From contig OZ244958.1 of assembly GCA_965222575.1 (NCBI GenBank), positions 896,001-960,000 of the forward strand: a DNA stretch of 64,000 nt. The letters run 5' to 3'. This DNA is from Alphaproteobacteria bacterium. GTDB lineage: Bacteria; Pseudomonadota; Alphaproteobacteria; G965222575. Each line of letters begins with the position of its first letter. Position 1 is the first letter of the stretch. Position numbers and translations under genes: made by a program. Below are positions 11,822 through 21,665 of the stretch, piece after piece. The notes below the pieces were generated by a model, which did no database searches, was not told where the DNA came from, and saw nothing but the letters and a program-made list of their open reading frames with translations.

Positions 11822-12748
11822 ATGTCATCTGTGGAGCATCAGGTGGGAGAGGATCAGCACCAAATGCGCCTAGATAGGTTTTTGAAAACCCACTATTCCC
11901 GTCTTCCTCAAGCGCTGATAGAAAAGCTTTTGCGTCATCACCGCATTAGAGTTAATGGTCATAAAACGGGGGCGGATTTTCGCCTAAAAACAGGAGATAC
12001 GGTATGGATTGGCATGAAGCCTGAGAGGAAAGTTTTGCAATCTTCACCAGCTAGTATTCCCGAGAAGTGGCAAACGCTGTTCTTATCGTCTGTGGTTTAT
12101 CGGGATGAGGCATTGCTTGTGATGAATAAACCTAATGGTTTAGCAGTACAAGGAGGGAGTCGTCAACGCATAAGCGTGGATTCTCTTCTTGAGGTCTTAG
12201 AGGAGGCAGGGGGAAGACTTGTACACCGTTTAGACAAGGAAACCTCTGGATTATTGATTATTGCCCGCACGCGTCAAGCTGCTAAGAAACTGGGAGAAAT
12301 GTTCAAAGAGCGAAAAATTGAAAAGACCTATTGTGCGGTGGTAAAAGCCATAGGGGAAAAGGGCCAACAATCTCTTGCAGCTGGTCAGACAGGAGAAATG
12401 ACACAAGCCATAGCGGATTACAAAAGGGGACGTGTTCTGCCGGCTCTCACGCGGTATCAGCAGGTGAGAAGGCGTGGCGATATGGTGTTGCTAACGCTTT
12501 CTCCTCTCACAGGGCGCAAACATCAAATCAGGCGGCACTGTGCAGGCAGTGGACTTGCTATCATAGGAGATACTGTTTATATGGGGCTTGCTGGTATTCA
12601 AGAGAATCAAGACAAGGACTTTTTTCGCCAACACCCTTTGTGTTTACACGCTAGCACTCTTTGTTTTGCGCACCCCTTTACAGGGAATACTCTCCGTGTA
12701 GAAGCCCCTCTTCCTGTACATATGCAAAAATGGTGGCAAGAAATTTAA
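11822..12748 (+). CDS. RluA/RluC-family pseudouridine synthase
   Basis: S4-like N-terminus; VHRLDKETSG and TGRKHQIR motifs. Confidence 0.93.
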   Translation: MSSVEHQVGEDQHQMRLDRFLKTHYSRLPQALIEKLLRHHRIRVNGHKTGADFRLKTGDTVWIGMKPERKVLQSSPASIPEKWQTLFLSSVVYRDEALLVMNKPNGLAVQGGSRQRISVDSLLEVLEEAGGRLVHRLDKETSGLLIIARTRQAAKKLGEMFKERKIEKTYCAVVKAIGEKGQQSLAAGQTGEMTQAIADYKRGRVLPALTRYQQVRRRGDMVLLTLSPLTGRKHQIRRHCAGSGLAIIGDTVYMGLAGIQENQDKDFFRQHPLCLHASTLCFAHPFTGNTLRVEAPLPVHMQKWWQEI

Positions 12749-13287
12749 GCTTCGTGCGTCATAGCAAGACGCACGCCGCCCTGTTTCTGAATTTTTGGTG
12801 TTGAAAGCAAAGTTTTGATGGATTTTCCTGTAGGATGGCGCCAACGGGGACAAAGTTCAAACAGAGGTGCGAGAACAAATTTTCGTTCCATCATGCGGGG
12901 ATGAGGGAGGAGAAGGCAATGGCTGACAACCAATGAAACACCGTGATAATCTAACAAATCCAAGTCTAGCTGTCGAGGGGCCTTGCGTTTGGAAAGGAAA
13001 GACCGATAAGGAGACCGACCAAAGAGACTTTCTATCTCCTGAAGCCTTTTCATCAGAGGCTTTGGGAAAACAGGGGTAGCAAGCTCTAAGACGCCATTGA
13101 TATAGGGCGTGCGGCTGTTGCAAACCTGCCCTGTATCTGTGAGAGCAGGAAAAGACCAAAGGGATGAGTGTCTGAGGGGGGTGATGTTGCGTTGGGATAG
13201 GGCCATGCAGACTTCTTTGACAAGTGCGGAGATTCTGTCTATGGTTTTCTCATTAGTGCCAAATCCTAAAAAAATCATCCTTGTCAT
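12745..13287 (-). CDS. folK: 2-amino-4-hydroxy-6-hydroxymethyldihydropteridine pyrophosphokinase
   Basis: PRQLDLDLL and PHPRMMERKFVLAPL motifs. Confidence 0.9.
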   Translation of the reverse strand: MTRMIFLGFGTNEKTIDRISALVKEVCMALSQRNITPLRHSSLWSFPALTDTGQVCNSRTPYINGVLELATPVFPKPLMKRLQEIESLFGRSPYRSFLSKRKAPRQLDLDLLDYHGVSLVVSHCLLLPHPRMMERKFVLAPLFELCPRWRHPTGKSIKTLLSTPKIQKQGGVRLAMTHEA

Positions 13288-13364
13288 AAAAATTTATTGC
13301 TAGTACCTTATGAAAGAGTACCATTCACAAGGATAAAGGACTATTGTACAACAAGGTTGTGAGA

Positions 13365-15206
13365 ATGGAAAAGACGAAACTTTACAAAATGCGCCACTCT
13401 TGCGCTCATCTGTTAGCAGCAGCAGTACAAAGTCTTTTTAAGGGCGCGCAATTTGGGATAGGCCCCCCTGTTGAGAATGGTCTATTTTATGATATTTATC
13501 TACCACAGCCACTGAAAGCTAGTGACTTGCCGAAAATAGAGCAACGCATGAAAGCCCTCCAATCTCAAAAAATTCCTTTTAAGCAGGAGATAGTAGAGAT
13601 TAATCAAGCCATAGCCTTAATGGAAGCACGTGCACAGCCCTTTAAGGTGGAGCTTCTTAAGATGCTACAAACCCAAGGCTCTACAGCTGTTGCAAAGGAG
13701 ACGCAAGACCCTCTAATATCCAACGTTAAAGGGGCAGTCACAGAGGTGTCTTTATTTCATACAGGAGAGTTTTTAGATTTGTGTCGTGGTCCTCATGTGA
13801 ACGATACCTCTGAAGTTGGCATTTTTAAGGTGTCCAGAATGACAGGGGCATATTGGCGTGGGAATGCTCAGAATCCTCAACTACAGAGAATCTATGCGTT
13901 GTGTTTTGAAACAAAAAAGGAGCTTGAACAGTGTGAGTGGGAATTAGAGCAGGCGGCGAGGAGGGATCACCGTAAAGTTGGCAAGGCGCTAGGCATTTTT
14001 ATGTGTGATAAAGATATTGGTCCCGGTCTCCCTTTATGGTTGCCTAATGGGGCTATTATCCGCGATGAGCTAGAGCATTTTGCGCGCGAAAAGGAAGCGC
14101 AAGCAGGATATCAGCGCGTTTTTACCCCTCATTTGACAAAAGCGCAGCTTTATAAGCTCTCCGGTCACCTTCCCTACTACAAAGAGGATATGTACGCCCC
14201 TTTGGAGATTGATGGAGAGGATTACTATCTTCGCCCTATGAATTGTCCGCACCACCACAAGATTTACGCTCGCAAGCGGCGCTCTTACCGGGAGTTGCCC
14301 TTACGTTTATCTGAGTACGGACAAGTTTACCGATATGAAGCAAGCGGGGGGTTATGCGGTCTGATGCGCACGCGCGGCTTTTGTCAAAATGATGCCCATA
14401 TTTATTGCTCTCAAGAGCAGGCGGAAGAAGAATTCCTAACCGTTATGAAAATGCACGCTAGTTACTATAAGGTTTTTGGGGTTAAAGATTTTTGGATGGA
14501 GTTGTGTATGCCTGATGAAGAGAATCTCAAAAAATATATCTCCGACCCTAAGGGATGGAAAACAACAATGGACATTTTGCGTCAAGCCATGAAGCACTCC
14601 GGATACCCCCACCAAGAGATCAAAGGAGAAGCAGCATTTTATGGCCCTAAAGTAGATTTTCTCATCAAAAGCGCCATTGGAACGACCTATGCAATTTCCA
14701 CTAATCAACTAGACTTCATGTCTGCTAAGCGCTTTCAAATGGTCTATGAGACCTCAAGCGGTCAAAAGGACTATGTCTATGTGATTCACCGCGCCCCCTT
14801 AGGGTCTCATGAGCGGTTTATCGCCTTTTTAATTGAGCACTATGCAGGGGCTTTCCCTTGCTGGCTAGCGCCTCTTCAGGTTGTGATTATCCCCATCACA
14901 GACCGCCACAAAGACATTGCACAAAAAGTCTACAACACACTCATGGAGAATCGCCTGCCAACTGCTACTTCTGCTATGCGGATACAGATAGACGACTCTT
15001 CTGAACGGATGCAAAAAAAAATTCACAACGCCCAAACACAAAAAGTGCCCTACATGATTATCTTAGGAGATAAAGAGCAACAATTTTCTAAGATTTCTGT
15101 GCGAAAAAGAAATGGGACAAACTTAGGACTTTGCCCTCTTTCGCACTTTGAACAGCATATAAAAGAAGAAATCACCCGTCGTCAGGATTTACCATGGAAA
15201 GTCTAA
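13365..15206 (+). CDS. thrS: Threonine--tRNA ligase
   Basis: RHSCAH, DLCRGPHV, LRPMNCPHH and GEAAFYGPK motifs. Confidence 0.96.
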   Translation: MEKTKLYKMRHSCAHLLAAAVQSLFKGAQFGIGPPVENGLFYDIYLPQPLKASDLPKIEQRMKALQSQKIPFKQEIVEINQAIALMEARAQPFKVELLKMLQTQGSTAVAKETQDPLISNVKGAVTEVSLFHTGEFLDLCRGPHVNDTSEVGIFKVSRMTGAYWRGNAQNPQLQRIYALCFETKKELEQCEWELEQAARRDHRKVGKALGIFMCDKDIGPGLPLWLPNGAIIRDELEHFAREKEAQAGYQRVFTPHLTKAQLYKLSGHLPYYKEDMYAPLEIDGEDYYLRPMNCPHHHKIYARKRRSYRELPLRLSEYGQVYRYEASGGLCGLMRTRGFCQNDAHIYCSQEQAEEEFLTVMKMHASYYKVFGVKDFWMELCMPDEENLKKYISDPKGWKTTMDILRQAMKHSGYPHQEIKGEAAFYGPKVDFLIKSAIGTTYAISTNQLDFMSAKRFQMVYETSSGQKDYVYVIHRAPLGSHERFIAFLIEHYAGAFPCWLAPLQVVIIPITDRHKDIAQKVYNTLMENRLPTATSAMRIQIDDSSERMQKKIHNAQTQKVPYMIILGDKEQQFSKISVRKRNGTNLGLCPLSHFEQHIKEEITRRQDLPWKV

Positions 15207-17851
15207 ACAGTTTTCAGACAAAGGATACCCTGAGATTAGGGGGAAAACGCTTCTGTTATTACAGCCTCAACAAGATGAGCAAGCAGTATCCTGTAATAGA
15301 ATCGTTCGCCATATGCCAAAAAATCCTCCTTGAGAATCTTTTACGGTTTGAAGATGGGAACACTGTCACAGCAGAGACTCTTTCCTCCTTTTGTTCTCGG
15401 CAAGCCGGTAGTATGGCATTGCATCCGGCGCGGATATTGATGCAGGACTTTACAGGCGTTCCGGCCTTAGTAGACCTAGCATCCATGCGCGATGCAGTGG
15501 TGAAAGCCGGTGGCAATCCCCAACAGATTAATCCTCAGATTCCGGTAGACTTGGTCATAGACCATTCTGTGATGGTAGACGATTTTGCCTCACCGCGGGC
15601 CTTTGAGCATAATTTGAAGCTGGAATATGAAAGGAATAAAGAACGTTATGAATTTCTAAAGTGGGGACAGAGTGCTTTTCGTAATGTCCGCATTGTGCCT
15701 CCCGGTGCAGGGATATGTCATCAGGTCAACATTGAGTTTTTAAGTCAGGTGATTGTTGCCAATGGGCAAACAAAAGCACTCTATCCAGATATCGTGTTAG
15801 GTACAGACAGCCATACTACTATGGCTGGGGCTCTTGGGGTGTTGAGTTGGGGCATTGGGGGCATTGAAGCAGAGTCGGCTATGATGGGGCATCCGGTAAC
15901 ACTTACGATTCCCGATGTGATTGGTGTCCAGTTAAAGGGAAAATTACCCCATGGCACAACAGCAACTGATTTAGTCTTAACAGTAACAGCGGCACTAAGA
16001 AAGAAAAACGTCGTGGGAAAATTTGTAGAATTTTATGGAGAAGGCTTAGACAACTGCTCTCTTCCCACTAGAGCCACCATTGCCAATATGGCACCTGAAT
16101 ACGGGGCAACAGTCGGGTACTTCCCTTGCGATGACCAAACACTTGCCTATCTCAAGCAAACCAATCGCCCTGAAGAGCTTATCAAGCGAGTAGAAGCTTA
16201 TACAAAAGAACAAGGGCTTTGGCGCACGCCCTCTTATCAGCCTGTGTATACAGACACCATCACCATTGACCTCCACGATATTGTGCCTTCTGTGGCAGGC
16301 CCTAAGCGTCCGCAAGATAAGGTCTCCTTAATCTCTGTGCCGGAAGCCTTTCAGCAAGCGCTCAAGACAACCTTCGGCGTCAAACACAAAGACTCAGGTG
16401 TTTTTCTGGAGGAACTCCAGCACACTTTAACCCACGGAGATGTTGTGATAGCTGCTATTACCTCTTGTACCAACACCTCTAATCCTGATGTTCTTCTTGG
16501 TGCTGGTCTTATTGCGAAAAAGGCTGTTGCTTTAGGCTTAACCTCTAAGAAATGGGTCAAAACCTCTTTTGCGCCCGGCTCCCTAGTGGTAACGGATTAT
16601 CTCAAAAACAGCGGCTTACAGCCCTATCTTGAAGCCTTAGGGTTTCATGTTGTAGGGTATGGCTGTACAACCTGTATCGGAAACTCCGGTCCTCTACCAA
16701 AGACAATTGACGCTGCCCTTCAAAAAGGAGACATAACAGTTGCATCAGTCTTATCAGGCAATCGTAATTTTGAAGGGCGCATTCACCCCTTAGTCAAAGC
16801 AAATTTTTTAGCCTCTCCCATGCTTGTGGTCTTGTACGCCCTCGCCGGCTCTATGAACGTCAACCTCATGACAGACCCCATCTGTCAAGACCCGCAAGGA
16901 CGAAACATTACTCTACAAGACCTATGGCCTACAAAAGAGGAACTGAAGGCTCTTGAGCAGTATCTGATACCAGCTTTATATGCGCGTCGTTATCAGGCGA
17001 TTTTTTCTGGCGATAAAAAATGGCAGTCTATTGCCTCTTCTTCCTCTGTGACCTATCCTTGGAATGAAGCCTCTACCTACATCAGAAAAGCCCCCTTTTT
17101 TGATTTGCAACCTGTAGAGTCTCTACAAGGTGCTAGAATATTAGCCCTACTAGGCGATAGCATTACCACAGACCATATTTCGCCCGCCGGGTCCATAGAC
17201 GCAGATAGTCCAGCAGGACAGTATTTAAGTGCAAAAGGCCTTCAAGTTTACGAATTTAATGCTTACGGTGCTAGACGCGGAAATCATGAAGTGATGATTC
17301 GGGGGACTTTCGCTAATGTACGGCTTAAAAATGTCTTAGCGGGGGATTGTGCGGGGGATTGTGCGGGGGATTGTGAAGGGGGCTTTGGGCGCTTCAAAGC
17401 AGGAGGGGATATTTCCCCTTTATATGATATCGCCTGTTCGTATCAATCTGAAAACACGCCCCTAGTTGTCGTAGCAGGCAAAGAATATGGCACAGGGTCT
17501 TCACGAGATTGGGCAGCAAAAGGGACTCGCCTTTTAGGCGTTGGGGCTGTGATAGCTGAGAGCTTTGAGAGAATACATCGGACAAATTTGATAGGCATGG
17601 GGGTATTGCCACTACAATTTATGGAAGGAATCACATGGCGTACCATAGGAATCAAAGGCTATGAAACCTTCAGTATAGACTTATCTTCTGTAGGCTGCCA
17701 AAGGAAGATGCGCTGTAAAATTGAGGGAGTGGAGGGGCGTGTGAAAACAATAAATCTTTTGTGCCGACTGGATACGGAAGCAGAAGTTTTGTACTATAAA
17801 AAGGGGGGGATTTTGCAAGCGGTCTTACAATCTTTTATAGGGTCTTCATGA
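15194..17851 (+). CDS. acnA: Aconitate hydratase A
   Basis: QDFTGVP, AITSCTNTSNP, GCTTCIGNSG and GSSRDWAAKG motifs. Confidence 0.97.
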   Translation: MESLNSFQTKDTLRLGGKRFCYYSLNKMSKQYPVIESFAICQKILLENLLRFEDGNTVTAETLSSFCSRQAGSMALHPARILMQDFTGVPALVDLASMRDAVVKAGGNPQQINPQIPVDLVIDHSVMVDDFASPRAFEHNLKLEYERNKERYEFLKWGQSAFRNVRIVPPGAGICHQVNIEFLSQVIVANGQTKALYPDIVLGTDSHTTMAGALGVLSWGIGGIEAESAMMGHPVTLTIPDVIGVQLKGKLPHGTTATDLVLTVTAALRKKNVVGKFVEFYGEGLDNCSLPTRATIANMAPEYGATVGYFPCDDQTLAYLKQTNRPEELIKRVEAYTKEQGLWRTPSYQPVYTDTITIDLHDIVPSVAGPKRPQDKVSLISVPEAFQQALKTTFGVKHKDSGVFLEELQHTLTHGDVVIAAITSCTNTSNPDVLLGAGLIAKKAVALGLTSKKWVKTSFAPGSLVVTDYLKNSGLQPYLEALGFHVVGYGCTTCIGNSGPLPKTIDAALQKGDITVASVLSGNRNFEGRIHPLVKANFLASPMLVVLYALAGSMNVNLMTDPICQDPQGRNITLQDLWPTKEELKALEQYLIPALYARRYQAIFSGDKKWQSIASSSSVTYPWNEASTYIRKAPFFDLQPVESLQGARILALLGDSITTDHISPAGSIDADSPAGQYLSAKGLQVYEFNAYGARRGNHEVMIRGTFANVRLKNVLAGDCAGDCAGDCEGGFGRFKAGGDISPLYDIACSYQSENTPLVVVAGKEYGTGSSRDWAAKGTRLLGVGAVIAESFERIHRTNLIGMGVLPLQFMEGITWRTIGIKGYETFSIDLSSVGCQRKMRCKIEGVEGRVKTINLLCRLDTEAEVLYYKKGGILQAVLQSFIGSS

Positions 17852-19089
17852 GAGTCGTCATTATAGGAGCTGGTTGTGTTGGTGTAACAACGGCTTATGA
17901 ATTTCATAAAAGAGGAGCGGATGTCACAGTGATTGAGGCTCTTCCTAAGGGGGGATTAGCCACAACATTTTCCAACGGAGGACAATTAAGTATTTACTCA
18001 ACGCCTTGGGCTTCTCCTAAATCCTTTTCTTACTTATGGTCGTCCTTGACCACAAAGAACTCGCCCCTTATTTTCAAGCCTACCTCTCTCTCTGTATGGA
18101 AGTGGTGTTGGCTGTTTTGTCTTCAAACTTTTCCTGCTGCCTACAGGCGTAATTTACAATCTTGTATTGCTTTATCCTTACATAGTATGGCGGTTTTACA
18201 GAAAGTGAAGCAAGAGACAAAAATGACATTTCTGAATAAACCGTCTGGTATCTTGCATCTACACAAAGACCAGAAGGCCTTAAAGTCAGTGGAAAAAGAG
18301 ATAAAAATGTTCAAAGATTACGGCGTCCCTTTAGAGCTTTTATCGCCTGCTGCTTGCCAAGCCCATGAGCCTGCGCTTGCCTATTGTCCATCCTTAGCCT
18401 TTGGGGTGCGAAGTCCTAAAGATGAAATAGGGTGTTCCTTAACCTTTACGCAAAACCTCATAGAATGGCTTCAAGTGCGCGGCGTACAATTTGTGTTTGG
18501 GGAAAATATTCAAAGCACCCAACAGGAGAAGCGAAAACTCATGGCCATCAAAAGCCGAAAAAATAGCTATACAGCAGATCTGTTTGTCTTTTGTACCGGC
18601 ATCTACAGCACGACCTTACTGCCGGATAATTTCCCCCTGTATCCCGTGAAAGGCTATGCGTTGACCATGCCGTCTGTTCCGAAGAAATTTTCTTTGAAAC
18701 TCAGCTTAATGGATGAAAGCACTAAGGTGGTCTTCACGCCTCTTGGCCAGTCACTCCGCGTAGCTGGTATTGCCGATATCAGTGACAAGATAGTCCGTCA
18801 CTCACCGAAACGATTACAATCCTTAAAGAACGCTTGGGCGGCCTTGTTTCCCCATTGCCCCCCTCAACCTCATATCACTCCTTGGTGTTGTATGCGCGCT
18901 ATGACCCCTGATTGTACCCCCATTCTTGGGTTTAGTAACACTTGCCAAAATGTGCTCTATAACACCTCTCATGGCTCTTTAGGCTGGACACAATCCTTCG
19001 GTTGCGCTGACCTTCTTGCCTCTATGGCAACCGCCGAACAACCGGCACTTGCCACTGACGCCTACAGTCCTTCAAGATTCTCAAAGTGA
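17848..19089 (+). CDS. dadA: D-amino acid dehydrogenase-like FAD oxidoreductase
   Basis: GAGCVG Rossmann motif; NGGQLS, YPVKGY, MTPD and HGSLGWT motifs. Confidence 0.85.
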   Translation: MRVVIIGAGCVGVTTAYEFHKRGADVTVIEALPKGGLATTFSNGGQLSIYSTPWASPKSFSYLWSSLTTKNSPLIFKPTSLSVWKWCWLFCLQTFPAAYRRNLQSCIALSLHSMAVLQKVKQETKMTFLNKPSGILHLHKDQKALKSVEKEIKMFKDYGVPLELLSPAACQAHEPALAYCPSLAFGVRSPKDEIGCSLTFTQNLIEWLQVRGVQFVFGENIQSTQQEKRKLMAIKSRKNSYTADLFVFCTGIYSTTLLPDNFPLYPVKGYALTMPSVPKKFSLKLSLMDESTKVVFTPLGQSLRVAGIADISDKIVRHSPKRLQSLKNAWAALFPHCPPQPHITPWCCMRAMTPDCTPILGFSNTCQNVLYNTSHGSLGWTQSFGCADLLASMATAEQPALATDAYSPSRFSK

Positions 19090-19108
19090 AGCGAGAAGTG
19101 ATTACTAG

Positions 19109-20665
19109 CTAGGTGCGGGGGGTTGCGCGGGGGGTTCTTCCTCCTAGAGGGAAAAGGACGGGCGGTAGTGAGATAGGGTGTCCTGCTTTGAGAGGATGGT
19201 GGAGAAGTTGTGTTTTCGTAAGGGGGGCTTGTGCACGTCCCAGGGCTTTTAGCACTTTATCGGCAGCAATTGGAATCACGGGACTGACAAGAAGGGCTAA
19301 TTGACGACAGAGTTCAAGAGCGACCCAGAGGACAGTTTTCATCCGTAAGGGGTCTGAGGTTTTCAAGGCCCAGGGTTGTTGCATTGCTATGTATTTATTT
19401 GCTTCTGATATGCCTGCCCATATTTCTTTGAGGGCTTCTGAAATCTCTTGTTTTTCTAGTCTTTTCTCCATTTTGTTGAGGAGGATTTTTATGTTGGCAA
19501 AGAGTTGTGTATCCTCTTGTTTCAGAGGTGCAGGAGAGGGACATTGTTGTTGACAATTGTCCATAATCATGGAGAAAACGCGTTGAATAAGGTTGCCAAA
19601 ATCGTTAGCGAGGTCTGCTTTGGTACGGGTTTTGACGGCCTCTTCGGAAAAATCACCGTCACTACCAAAGGGGAGGTGTCTTAAGAGAAAGTATCGTATT
19701 TCGTCTGTTCCGTATGTTTGCACCATTTGTTGTGCCGAGAGAAAATTGCCTGCAGATTTTGACATTTTTTCTCCCTCTACCGTCCACCACCCATGAGCAA
19801 AGATGCGTTTAGGCATAGGCAATTCTGCAGCCAACAAAAAGGCAGGCCAATACACAGCATGAAAGCGTAAAATATCTTTTCCAACAACATGAACGGCGTG
19901 TGACCAAAAGGTTTGAAATTGAGGTGTGCCCGTATCGGGATACCCAAGAGCAGTGATATAGTTACTTAAAGCATCAAGCCATACATACATTACATGGCGT
20001 TTATCGCCCGGTACTGGTATTCCCCATTGACAGCTTGTGCGACTAATAGATAAATCCTTCAGTCCCTTTTTCACAAAGCTTACCACTTCATTATAGCGCC
20101 CACGCGGCAGAATAAACTCTGGATTCGCGTGATAAAACGCTAACAAATCATCCGTATAGGCAGAGAGGCGAAAGAAATAACTCTCTTCTTCCAGCCATTT
20201 TACAGGTCTCCCACTTGAAGAGAGACGTTGACCACCCTCTACAACTACTGTTTCTTCTTCTGTATAAAAGGCTTCATCAGCCACAGCATACCATCCTGTA
20301 TAAACGCCTTTATAAATATCTCCTTTTGCTTGTAAGACTTTCCATAAGTGTTGAACGCCTTTGATGTGATGAGGTTGTGTGGTTCTGATAAAAGCATCAT
20401 TGGACAGGCAGAAAAGAGAGGTTAGGAGTTGGAAATTTTGACTGACATCATTACAGTGCTGTTGGGGAGATATGCCCTTTTTTTCAGCAGCCACTTGGAT
20501 TTTCTGTCCATGTTCATCTGTGCCTGTGAGAAAGAAGGTTTGATACTCTAAAAAGCGCGAAAGTCTTGCAAGAAAATCAACAGCAATAGAAGTATAGGCA
20601 TGTCCGATATGCGGATTGTCATTGACATAGTAGATAGGCGAGGTGACGGTTGAAATTTTGTCCAT
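19109..20665 (-). CDS. metG: Methionine--tRNA ligase
   Basis: PIYYVND.PHIGH, GTDEHGQK and KMSKS motifs. Confidence 0.97.
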   Translation of the reverse strand: MDKISTVTSPIYYVNDNPHIGHAYTSIAVDFLARLSRFLEYQTFFLTGTDEHGQKIQVAAEKKGISPQQHCNDVSQNFQLLTSLFCLSNDAFIRTTQPHHIKGVQHLWKVLQAKGDIYKGVYTGWYAVADEAFYTEEETVVVEGGQRLSSSGRPVKWLEEESYFFRLSAYTDDLLAFYHANPEFILPRGRYNEVVSFVKKGLKDLSISRTSCQWGIPVPGDKRHVMYVWLDALSNYITALGYPDTGTPQFQTFWSHAVHVVGKDILRFHAVYWPAFLLAAELPMPKRIFAHGWWTVEGEKMSKSAGNFLSAQQMVQTYGTDEIRYFLLRHLPFGSDGDFSEEAVKTRTKADLANDFGNLIQRVFSMIMDNCQQQCPSPAPLKQEDTQLFANIKILLNKMEKRLEKQEISEALKEIWAGISEANKYIAMQQPWALKTSDPLRMKTVLWVALELCRQLALLVSPVIPIAADKVLKALGRAQAPLTKTQLLHHPLKAGHPISLPPVLFPLGGRTPRATPRT

Positions 20666-21659
20666 AAGCGTTCCCTTTGATAGAAAAAAGAGGCACATAG
20701 TGCCCTTTCATTGCTTGGGACAGCATAGAGCACAGGAGGAAAACTAGCAACTGTTTATCCACATTCAGAGTGTTACCGTAAGTTTCTATTTTTCCCAACA
20801 TATCCCAAATATTGAACCATGAGGGGGCTGTTTTGGTACTAGGCGCGACGGCGTTTTTTTGTTCTGAGAGGATTTTGTGCCGTAAGCTTCTTAAGAAGCG
20901 CTGCCACGCTTTGGCGTCTGTAGCAATCAGGCGCGCCATTTTGTATATCTCCCACCAACAGGGGTCTTCAGACAGCATGCGGGTCATATCCTGTGATAAG
21001 GTGTCTTTATCTTCTGTTATCCAAGCGATATAGCCCATACTGCCTTGTGCTTCGTGAATGATATGTTTTGGGCAGGTGATAGAGAGTTTGTCTAAAATTG
21101 CCGTGATTGTGTTTTCTGTGAGGGAGGAAAAAGGCACGGTAAGGCAACGGGATTGGATGGTTGAGAGCACTTGAAATTGGTGTGAAATGAGGAGGAAAAG
21201 CACATGTAAGGGGGGTTCTTCTAGGATTTTGAGGATGCTGTTTTGTGCTTGAGGCGTGAGGGAATCCAGTGCATCAATGATGACCACAGTAGGGTGATTG
21301 GCTACTTGGGTTTTTTGAAGAAATGCCTTCATATGGCGGACTTCTTCAATGGGTATCATAGGCTCTTCTTCAGAGGCTTGAAGGCAATAGCAATGCGGGT
21401 GAAGCCCATTGGCAATTTGCTTACAGATAGCAGTTGGTTGTTCCGGAGGGTGCAGAGATTGTAAGGTAGAGGGGTTCCACGGCGTGTGGTTTAGGCAAGC
21501 TCTTGCGAGGTGGTAGGCGGTGGTCGCTTTGCCAACACCTTGCATGCCTTGTAATAAGAGAGGAATTAGTCGTTGACTTTGTACAACCTTAAGACAAAGG
21601 GATTGCTGTTGTTGATGTCCTTCTAAACAGGGGTTATAAGCAGGAGAGGGAAAAGACAT
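20619..21659 (-). CDS. holB: DNA polymerase III delta-prime subunit
   Basis: GVGKAT, NSILKILEEPP and TIQSRC motifs; upstream of metG. Confidence 0.88.
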   Translation of the reverse strand: MSFPSPAYNPCLEGHQQQQSLCLKVVQSQRLIPLLLQGMQGVGKATTAYHLARACLNHTPWNPSTLQSLHPPEQPTAICKQIANGLHPHCYCLQASEEEPMIPIEEVRHMKAFLQKTQVANHPTVVIIDALDSLTPQAQNSILKILEEPPLHVLFLLISHQFQVLSTIQSRCLTVPFSSLTENTITAILDKLSITCPKHIIHEAQGSMGYIAWITEDKDTLSQDMTRMLSEDPCWWEIYKMARLIATDAKAWQRFLRSLRHKILSEQKNAVAPSTKTAPSWFNIWDMLGKIETYGNTLNVDKQLLVFLLCSMLSQAMKGHYVPLFSIKGNAYGQNFNRHLAYLLCQ

Positions 21660-21665
21660 AAGATA

